Of a stretch of DNA of 64,000 nt, positions 56,701 through 64,000 are shown piece after piece. The DNA lies in the NCBI GenBank assembly GCA_040954595.2, contig CM082593.2, positions 10,115,200-10,179,199 of the forward strand, in the 5' to 3' direction. The first letter of the stretch is position 1, and each line of letters begins with the position of its first letter. The stretch comes from Balanoglossus misakiensis (Eukaryota; Animalia; Hemichordata). A program made the position numbers and the translations under genes. The notes under the pieces were generated by a model. That model was not told where the DNA came from. It worked only from the letters and a program-made list of their open reading frames with translations, and did not search any database.

Positions 56701-58631
56701 TTTTGAGATTTTGCAAAGTCGAAAATTTGTCATTTTTTGATGATTTTCACCCATGTTTTTTTCAAAATTGAACGAACCCATGTTTTTTTTTTAAAAATCG
56801 ACAAAATTTTGAGATTTTGCAAAGACGAAAATTTGTCATTTTTTGATGATTTTCACCCATGATTTTTTTCAAAAGTCGACGAAATTTTGAGATTTTGCAA
56901 AGACAAAAATTTTTCATTTTTTGATGATTTTCACCCGTGATTTTTTTCAAAAATCGACAAAATTTTGAGATTTTGCAAAGTCGAAAATTTGACATTTTTT
57001 GATGATTTTCACCCATGTTTTTTTTCAAAAATCAACGAACCTATGATTTTTTTTCAAAAATCGACGAAATTTAGAGATTTTGCAAAGTCGAAAATTTGTC
57101 ATTTCTTAATGATTTTCACCCATGTTTTTTTTTCAAAAATCGACAAAATTTTGAGATTTTGCAAAGTCGAAAATTTGTAATTTTTTGATGATTTTCACCA
57201 ATGTTTTTTTTAAAAAATCAACGAACCCATGATTTTTTTCAAAAATTGACAACATTTTGAGATTTTGCAAAGTCGAAAATTTGTCATTTTTTGATGATTT
57301 TCACCCATGATTTTTCTCAAAAATCGACGAAATTTTGAGATTTTGCAGAGTCGAAAATTTTTCATTTTTTGATGATTTTCACCCATGATTTTTTTCAAAA
57401 ATCTACGAAATTTTGAGATTTTGCAAAGTCGAAAATTTGTCATTTTTTGATGATTTTCACCCATGATTTTTTTCAAAAATCTGCGAAATTTTGAGATTTT
57501 GCAAAGTCGAAAATTTGTCATTTATTAATGATTTTCACCCATGATTTTTTTCAAAAATCGACGAAATTTGAGATTTTGCAAATTCGAAAATTTGTAATTT
57601 TTTAATGATTTTCACCCTTTTTTTCAAAAATCAACGAACCCATGATTTTTTTTCAAAAATCGACAAAATTTTGAGATTTTGCAAAGCCGAAAATTTTTAA
57701 TTTTTTGATGATTTTCACCCATGTTTTTTTTCAAAATTGAACGAACCCATGATTTTTTTCAAAAATCGACGAAATTTTGAGATTTTGCAAAGTCGAAAAT
57801 TTGTCATTTTTTGATGATATTCACCCATGATTTTTTTCAAAAATCGACGAAATTTTGAGATTTTGCAAAGTCGAAAATTTGTCATTTTTTGATGATATTC
57901 ACCCATGATTTTTTTCAAAAATCGACGAAATTTTGAGATTTTGCAAAGTCGAAAATTTGTCATTTTTTGATGATTTTCACCCATGATTTTTTTCAAAAAT
58001 CGACGAAATTTGAGATTTTGCAAAGTCGAAAATTTGTCATTTTTTGATGATTTTCACCCATGATTTTTTTCAAAAATCGACGAAATTTTGAGATTTTGCA
58101 AAGTCGAAAATTTGTCATTTTTTGATGATTTTCACCCATGATTTTTTTTCAAAAATCTGCGAAATTTTGAGATTTTGCAAAGTCGAAAATTTGTCATTTT
58201 TTGATGATTTTCACCCATGATTTTTTTTCAAAAAATCGACGAAATTTTGAGATTTTGCAAAGTCGAAAATTTGTCATTTTTTGATTATTTTCACCCATGA
58301 TTTTTTTTTTCAAAAATCGACAAAATTTTGAGATTTTGCAAAGTCGAAAATGTGTCATTTTTTGATGATTTTCACCCATGATTTTTTTCAAAAATCGACG
58401 AAATTTGAGATTTTGCAAAGTCGAAAATTTGTCATTTTTTGATGATTTTTACCCATGATTTTTTTTTTCAAAAATCGACCAAATAAATAAAACAACAATA
58501 CTGTTGAATTAACGGACGTTTTATTTTGAAATTGCTCTGTGGAAATATTTTTCACTTTGCCACGCGCGATGCCCGTCTTGTCACTTTTTGTCGTCTGCTT
58601 CATGTTTAATGCTCGATCCCGGCTGGATCCC

Positions 58632-58784
58632 GGCCTTGCCGTTGTATGGGCATGCGAACGATTCCACTTGTATGTATATGGTCAGAAATTCACCATTGTG
58701 ACAGACCACAAGCCGTTGGTCCACATATACAACAATCCAATTTCGAAACCACCTGCCAGAATCGAACGTTGGGCACTGAAAATC
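58632..58784 (+). mobile_element. Fragment of Ty3/Gypsy LTR-retrotransposon pol, RNase H domain (truncated relic)
   Basis: Translation GLAVVWACERFHLYVYGQKFTIVTDHKPLVHIYNNPISKPPARIERWALK matches the canonical Gypsy RT-associated RNase H motifs (LAVVWA..F..Y..G..F...TDHKPL...ARI.RW.L). Similarity is not evident upstream. A stop follows at 58794-58796. Confidence 0.9.
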
Positions 58785-58989
58785 AACAACAGTTAAATCA
58801 AAACTGATGTACCTAAAGACAAGCATGAAATAATGCATCAACTTGATTTTTATGAACAGTTTGGGAAATTTGAGAATATTATCTCAGAAGGAAAAACTAT
58901 CTACTTTCTCACCTTGAATAAAGTTGATATTTCACCAAAAATTACAGTGAAGCAATAAAATTTTTGATGAGGAAACTTCTCAATTGTCA

Positions 58990-59128
58990 ACATACATACA
59001 TACATACATACATACATACATACATACATACATGCATAAATACATACATACATACATACATACATACATACATACATACATACATACATACATACATACA
59101 TACATACATACATACATACATACATACA
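58990..59128. repeat. (ACAT)n tetranucleotide microsatellite
   Basis: About 35 units with one interruption (CATGCATAAA at 59031-59040). Confidence 0.98.
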
Positions 59129-59230
59129 ATTTAAAATAATTTAGGGAGTGATTAAGACTTCAACTTGGACTCTATTGATAATAATATAACTCTTTGTAAT
59201 AAATGCCATCGGTGCTTAAATCTTCATTAT

Positions 59231-59515
59231 ATTATACCAGTATATTGATGGTGTAAATCACGCTATTTGATTGGTCGAGACACGACACGTGACCGTGATA
59301 TATTAGCCATATACCACAGTCATATATCATAGTCAAAGAAAATGCCTTTTTAAAATGTTTAATGCAAAGTTTCAATATACTGGCATAATATAATAGCAAT
59401 AAAACACCCCAGTCATGGTATACCACTCGATTTTGACCAGTTCAACTCCATATACGCACGAGCTGGTCAAAATCTCGTGGTATACCATGGCTGGGGGTGT
59501 TTTATTGCTTAAATA
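59231..59515. mobile_element. Non-autonomous element with a long 3' hairpin (Crypton-like by architecture)
   Basis: Inverted repeat arms 59395-59443 and 59460-59509 (~49 bp, few mismatches, 16-nt loop) are seen directly. TGATTGGT lies at 59268 and CACGTG at ~59286. The outer boundaries and family assignment are inference. Confidence 0.6.
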
Positions 59516-59531
59516 TTAAATCAAGTCAATC

Positions 59532-59633
59532 AATGTGCACAAACATTACACACACACTCATTAATGTGCACAAACATTACACACACACTCATTAATACAT
59601 AGAGACAGACACAGACAGACACATACACACTCA

Positions 59634-59683
<50 letters not shown>
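59532..59683. repeat. 31-bp tandem duplication followed by (GACA)n and (CA)n microsatellites
   Basis: AATGTGCACAAACATTACACACACACTCATT at 59532 and 59563. GACA repeats at ~59603-59622. CA run at ~59636-59683. Confidence 0.95.
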
Positions 59684-59686
<3 letters not shown>

Positions 59687-60025
59687 CCTATTTTGCTTTA
59701 ATTTTTTTGTTTGAAACTTTCATATCAACTGAAGAGTTGTTGACGTTTGACCTTGGATGTACTGAGATCACCATACACACTCACATTTGTCTGTGTCATA
59801 ATCACAGACTGAAGCAAAGTAAAATAAATCACAGCAGCTGTACTGATGTTAACATTGCATTGTTTAATATTCAAGATCAAGTTAAAGTGCATTTATTTAT
59901 TGGAAGAATCCAGTTATGGCAACTTGATCCTAGGCGATGTAACTATCCGCCCCACACACAAGTTGAATCATGTATGATATATGTTTCAAACAGCGCGGCA
60001 TAAGGCCAGAGTTAGCCTCAAGTTG

Positions 60026-60067
60026 TGATGGCATATATATATATATATATATATATTGATGGCATAT
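60026..60067. repeat. (TA)n microsatellite inside a TGATGGCATAT direct duplication
   Basis: TGATGGCATAT at 60026 and 60057, with a TA run at 60033-60056. Confidence 0.9.
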
Positions 60068-60427
60068 GTTACATCATGAATCAAAAATCAAGCAAGTTAA
60101 GTTGAGTACGAGATACTGACAAGAACGTCTCAGTCAACCTATTGCATGCAGCACATTGTCAACGTCGCGTCGATCGTGTTTGGCATGATCATGATGACGC
60201 TTGACGTGCAAGGCGACTCAATAGATTGCCACATCACAAACCAGTACAAATTGTGCATCGTGTGGTCATGTTACGTGTACGACAAATCTACCGGTTATGA
60301 GAAGGAGGTAAAATCTCAACTTACCAACACTCAGTCAGTCTGATAAGATACGATGCAGCATGTAAGGCAGAATCCGTCGAAAAGTCCTGGTACTAGGTCA
60401 AGCTAGTAAAAGAACGCCATATTCTCT

Positions 60428-60488
60428 GTACCGATACACCGCCCTCTCTGGACAGTCTCCGTACCAATACACCCGCCCTCTTTAGACA
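60428..60488. repeat. Imperfect 33-bp-period tandem duplication
   Basis: GTACCGATACACCGCCCTCTCTGGACA (60428) versus GTACCAATACACCCGCCCTCTTTAGACA (60461). Confidence 0.8.
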
Positions 60489-60491
60489 AAT

Positions 60492-60934
60492 TTATCTCGA
60501 GATCTCGAGATAAAAAAATAAAAAGTCGGGAAAACGAATTGGAATTATCTCGAGATCTCGAGATAAAAAAATAAAAAGTCGGGAAAACGAACTTGAATTA
60601 TCTCGAGATCTCGAGATAAAAAAATAAAAAGTCGGGAAAACGAATTGGAATTATCTCGAGATCTCGAGATAAAAAAATAAAAAGTCGGGAAAACGAACTT
60701 GAATTATCTCGAGATCTCGAGATAAAAAAAATAAAAAGTCGGGAAAACGAATTGGAATTATCTCGAGATCTCGAGATAAAAAAATAAAAAGTCAGGAAAA
60801 CGAATAGCATTATCTCGAGATCTCGAGATAAAAAAATAAAAAGTCAGGAAAACGAATGGAATTATCTCGAGATCTCGAGATAAAAAAATAAAAAGTCAGG
60901 AAAACGAATGGAATTATCTCGAGATCTCGAGATA
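60492..60934. repeat. 52-54-bp minisatellite (8 full units + 9th palindrome), each with the 22-bp palindrome TTATCTCGAGATCTCGAGATAA; probably the internal repeat of a non-autonomous DNA transposon ending at ~60980
   Basis: Palindrome starts at 60492, 60545, 60598, 60651, 60704, 60758, 60810, 60862 and 60914, with near-identical spacers. The transposon interpretation is inference. Confidence 0.95.
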
Positions 60935-61229
60935 TTTTTTTATTTATTGCGTATATACATGTCCCCAACTGGCTTTCATATAAAACCACTGCATCAGGTG
61001 AATCTCAATTTTTAAGAGCGATACTTCAAACATGCAGCACTGTTTACAAATCGGGGTCAAAGGTTATACAAGAATAACCATGTACAGTTGGTATTTTTCG
61101 GATGTACCTCTGGCCATGGCCTTGGTCTATAAATTGTTCTTGACAACATATATTTTTAAAGATTTTGGTTTACTGAATTACATCTATAGCTTATAGTGAT
61201 GGCTGTTTACCTAATAATTATTTTAACAA

Positions 61230-61880
61230 CGCCAACTTAGCTGGCGCTGGATCGAGGGTACAGGACTATCCTAGGTCAAGGGTCAATCGTGAATGTTTTG
61301 GTCGCGAATCAGCTGATCTTTTACAACAGCGTGTTACGCCCCTTTTTTAAATTTCTCATGAGTGGAGACGTCAGTGAAAGAACATATTTCGGATAATGGA
61401 GCATTCTTGGCAGTGTTTTCAAAGGGTTTCGCAACCTTTCTACATGGGACGCGGCGGCGCTTGGCAGAACTTTGCGAGGTGGTCGTCATCACAGGTCGCA
61501 CCGTAGTTGAGAGAGAGAGCCATGACACTGACAGAGCCGGGTGAGTGATTGAGATCCTGGATCAGTTGCCGTCACTCAGATCACTAGACATTCTCTCTCA
61601 TTAGGGTGTAGCTACGGTGTTGCCACGGGACCTACGACGTTTTATCGTGACGTCGGTGTTGCCCCGACCGGCCAGGGAAGTATATCAGATATGATGAGTC
61701 CGGTGATGACTTGGCTTTACGGCAGTCGCTGTGCCTGTAGATAAAGGAAAGGAACAGTACAACGCGCCGCCAGTGTGATTAGCATCGCTTGGAGCAAGAC
61801 TAGATGACAGACATCGCCAGGGTCGTTGGCAAGACCTTGGCGGGCAGAGATGTGTGACACAGGTCCTCCTACAGGTAAGC
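61230..61880 (+). promoter_or_regulatory. CpG/GC-rich patch; candidate promoter / 5' exon region
   Basis: Visibly higher GC and CpG density than the flanks. Two consensus-like splice donors: CGG|GTGAGT (61540|61541) and CAG|GTAAGC (61874|61875). Each is preceded by a short ATG-initiated phase-1 frame (61522 MTLTEP; 61850 MCDTGPPT). Confidence 0.35.
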
Positions 61881-62077
61881 CAGTCTTAATTCTTTTACAT
61901 GCTTTTCAGAGTCAGCTTTTTGAGATGGTGAGATCTCTGTCTGGTGGTTTCTCTGTGTGACCTTTAGCTCTGCATACAGCCGGGAACACACAGACCTGTA
62001 CGCAGAGCTATGTGACCTTCTGAGTCATATAATAATGTCACATTTAGTACTACATTATCTCTATGGAAACACAGCTA

Positions 62078-62104
62078 GGGGGAGGGTGGAGGGGGGGGGG
62101 GGGG
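62078..62104 (+). repeat. G-rich tract (G-quadruplex-capable)
   Basis: GGGGGAGGGTGGA followed by G14. Confidence 0.8.
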
Positions 62105-62954
62105 TTCTATGCTGGTTTCCCCCATCATAGACCCACCCGTGACCCCCACCACAAAAATCTGTAGTGAAACAACAGCCAAACCAGTGCACTATATCACAGT
62201 CCATCTATTACATACTGTGACTGTATAAGCTAAAAAATAAGACATTCACTTTTTGAAATAAACATTTCTCTGTTAATTATCTCTGAAAGCTTGATATAGG
62301 AGAACATTTCGGTTACTTCAATGTCACCATTGTTTTCACTACTATCACGTAACAAGCAATTTAAATTACCTTCGCAAAAACAGTATGCTCTATGTTTTTT
62401 TGTTAACGCTTTGAGATGTCTGGCTCAAATCTTCGTGAATGCAAGCTGTCATAACTTTTGTACAAAGTAGTGTCTCATTTTTTTTTAAAGCAACTAGCTT
62501 GATTTTTAAAATGAAAAAAACTTCTGATATACTAGGAATAGTAGGATTTATTCACTGCTCCAGAAGTTTTCTGAATTACAATGCACTTAACGGGACATTA
62601 GCTGTAACTTTTGGCTTTAATTGATGTACATATATTTTTGTTCTGAGTATTAATGGGAATTTCTTGTTCTACTCCAAACAGCATGCTAATATACCCATTT
62701 ATACTTCACTTGTCAACATAGCCCGTGAATGTGTAATGTTATCATTCACATTTTTTTACTACTGTTACGTAAATATGCAACATGTCTAAAAAATATGTTT
62801 TTATAGAATATATTTATTTATTTAGAGTAAAATGTTTTTGGTGACATTTAAATATTTAGTGGATGGTATTTTATACATCAATTGTGGGTTTCAACATATT
62901 GTTGGGAGTAGCACAAGAATCTTAAGTGGCCACATAGAATTAATTTTCAACCTT

Positions 62955-63131
62955 CAGTAAAACCTGTCAAAACCAAACCCTGTCTAATCTGGAAACCTGT
63001 CTATACTGAACACCTTTTCAGTACCTTCAACATAGAATCACATGTTAAAAGAACCTTTACAAACTGGAAATGTCTGTAAACTGAACAATTTCTTCAGTGC
63101 CTTCAGTGTTCGGTTCAGACAGGTTTTACTG
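62955..63131. mobile_element. 177-bp MITE of Tc1/mariner (pogo/Tigger-like) type
   Basis: Perfect 14-bp TIR: CAGTAAAACCTGTC (62955-62968) / GACAGGTTTTACTG (63118-63131), extendable to ~24 bp with 3 mismatches. TA follows the right end, while the left flank is TT. Internal CCTGTCT..ACTG(A/G)A subrepeats are present. CAGT termini with TA targets are typical of pogo-derived MITEs. Confidence 0.85.
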
Positions 63132-63134
63132 TAT

Positions 63135-63596
63135 TTAATTTCTCACACTGCTGGCCGCTGGGAGTGTGGGATAGGATATCCCCGACGAGTGTGAGAAATA
63201 CGATCTCAGGTCCTTGGGAGTGTGAGATTCTATTATTCTCACACTCTCACTGAATCGAAAGCTGTATATGACGCGAGCGCTGATTGGTTGACAAAGAGTT
63301 CTTTCTCTTCGCGCACTAAATGTTATCCAATGGCGTGATGTGTATTACAGGCACAGAACTATAACGTGCCCCCAGACGACAGTTCCACAGTCATTTATTC
63401 AATGTTTTAACGAATTTGGCTAATTTGTGACCGTGTGAGAAAAATAATCTCACACACCAAGGACCTGGGATCGTATTTCTCACACTCGTCAGGGATATTT
63501 TGTCCCACACTCGCCTGCGGCTCGTGTGTGACAGAAAATCCCCAACTCGTGTGAGAAATACGATCCCAGGTCCTTGGGAGTGTGAGATTCTATTAA
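63135..63596. mobile_element. Non-autonomous element with three ~65-73-bp repeats in A / inverted-A / A arrangement, bounded by TTAA (Crypton-like by architecture)
   Basis: A1 at 63163-63235 and A3 at 63524-63595 are direct repeats (core GTGTGAGAAATACGATCYCAGGTCCTTGGGAGTGTGAGATTCTATTA). A2 at 63446-63510 is their reverse complement. TTAA lies at 63135-63138 and 63593-63596. The family label is inference. Confidence 0.75.
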
Positions 63597-63850
63597 TCCC
63601 AAATGTCATAGCAGCTGCCCCTTTAAAACAATTTCTTTAAAAAATGTGTTTCTAATAGATTTGGTCAGGTGGAAAAGTATGTCACATACTGTTTTCACTG
63701 AACACTGATGTGGTTGCAATTTTATTGACACAAATTGAATCACACTATGCATCACATTAGACTTAGGGGTAAACCATTTTATATTTAGGAGAGTGCAGTT
63801 TAGTTTCTACTCTGCCTATTCCCTGATGTTTTTTCTTTACTATTTGGCAG

Positions 63851-63886
63851 AGGCAAAATGCAGACTTGTTATGGAAGTGTTCCTAA
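63851..63886 (+). CDS. Candidate 36-bp exon of an unidentified gene (possible start ATG at 63871)
   Basis: Branch-like CTGAT at 63823, pyrimidine tract, CAG acceptor ending 63850, and donor AA|GTAACT at 63887. Open in phase 1 (AKCRLVMEVFL). No homology recognised. Confidence 0.3.
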   Translation, partial: RQNADLLWKCS

Positions 63887-63972
63887 GTAACTATGCATAA
63901 ATTATTTCTATTAATCTAAGCACATTATGTAAAATATAAATCAACCAGGTAGACTCATGTCTCCCCCTACAG

Positions 63973-64000
63973 TAATGGTGACAATTCTTTTTATAGTACC
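63973..64000 (+). CDS. Candidate following exon (runs off the window)
   Basis: Acceptor TCTCCCCCTACAG ending 63972. Spliced to the previous candidate it reads MEVFL-IMVTILFIV, a hydrophobic signal-peptide-like stretch. Confidence 0.3.

Larger units (their letters stand above)
1..58484. repeat. Large tandem satellite array, ~78-bp AT-rich monomer with interspersed ~28-bp truncated monomers (candidate centromeric/pericentromeric satellite)
   Basis: The 78-bp consensus recurs continuously in one orientation from base 1 to ...CAAAAATCGACCAAAT at ~58484. Variation is mostly poly-T length and point variants. The ORF track shows the matching 26-aa periodic peptide (MGENHQKMTNFRLCKISKFRRFLKKI). The array is open at the left edge. 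Centromeric function is inference only. Confidence 0.98.

Noticed and set aside
1224-58418. Over 100 short ORFs encoding a basic 26-aa repeat (MGENHQKMTNFRLCKISKFRRFLKKI) and alternative-frame peptides
   Set aside because: The monomer is 3 x 26 bp and one minus-strand frame happens to lack stops. Frequent +/-1 poly-T indels and 28-bp units break the frame every few monomers, so there is no sign of coding constraint.
1-58484. CENP-B box or telomeric repeats in the satellite
   Set aside because: TTCG occurs in one variant, but the required downstream A..CGGG is absent. No TTAGGG/TTAGG runs were seen.
58539-58796. 85-aa ORF as an intact gene
   Set aside because: Non-ATG start. Only the ~50-aa C-terminal part is recognisable, as a truncated Gypsy RNase H piece.
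58901-59125. ORF MYVCMYVC...
   Set aside because: Translation of the (ACAT)n microsatellite.
60515-60545. Common origin of the 53-bp minisatellite spacer (AAAAGTCGGGAAAACGAATT) and the 78-bp satellite (AAAGTCGAAAATTT)
   Set aside because: The match is short and low-complexity, and cannot be distinguished from chance by eye.
60492-60934. CRISPR-like palindromic repeat-spacer pattern
   Set aside because: Spacers are near-identical rather than unique, there are no cas genes, and the context is eukaryotic.
61605-61874. Internal coding exon after the TAG acceptor at 61604
   Set aside because: The phase-1 frame from the 61522 ATG stops at ~61742, before the 61875 donor. At best it is UTR.
62200-62950. 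Possible decayed DNA transposon (e.g. TTAAGTGGCC at ~62922)
   Set aside because: No paired terminus or internal structure could be identified from the sequence alone.
59232-63609. Remaining short ORFs (59232, 59707, 60146, 60598, 61334, 61362, 62439, 63391)
   Set aside because: Under 100 aa with no recognisable motifs. Several are translations of repeats or hairpin elements.

Overview
Eukaryotic (metazoan, probably invertebrate; inferred from repeat types) genomic DNA with no intact recognisable gene. Positions 1-~58484 are one uninterrupted head-to-tail satellite array. Its monomer is ~78 bp and ~27% GC (CCCATGATTTTTTTCAAAAATCGACGAAATTTTGAGATTTTGCAAAGTCGAAAATTTGTCATTTTTTGATGATTTTCA). The array is punctuated by two ~28-bp truncated monomer variants, contains an older-looking diverged island (~1265-3180), and shows nested higher-order duplications from ~0.4 kb to a ~41-kb offset. 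All ORFs called inside the array are artefacts of 78 = 3 x 26. The array ends abruptly, and the last 5.5 kb is a mosaic. It holds a Ty3/Gypsy RNase H fragment, microsatellites, two non-autonomous hairpin elements sharing a TC/TC internal-loop motif (Crypton-like by inference), a 53-bp minisatellite built on a perfect 22-bp palindrome, a Tc1/mariner(pogo)-type MITE and a CpG-rich patch. It also has tentative spliced exons that could start a signal-peptide-bearing protein at the right edge. All counts and alignments were done by eye, and block boundaries in the array are approximate.
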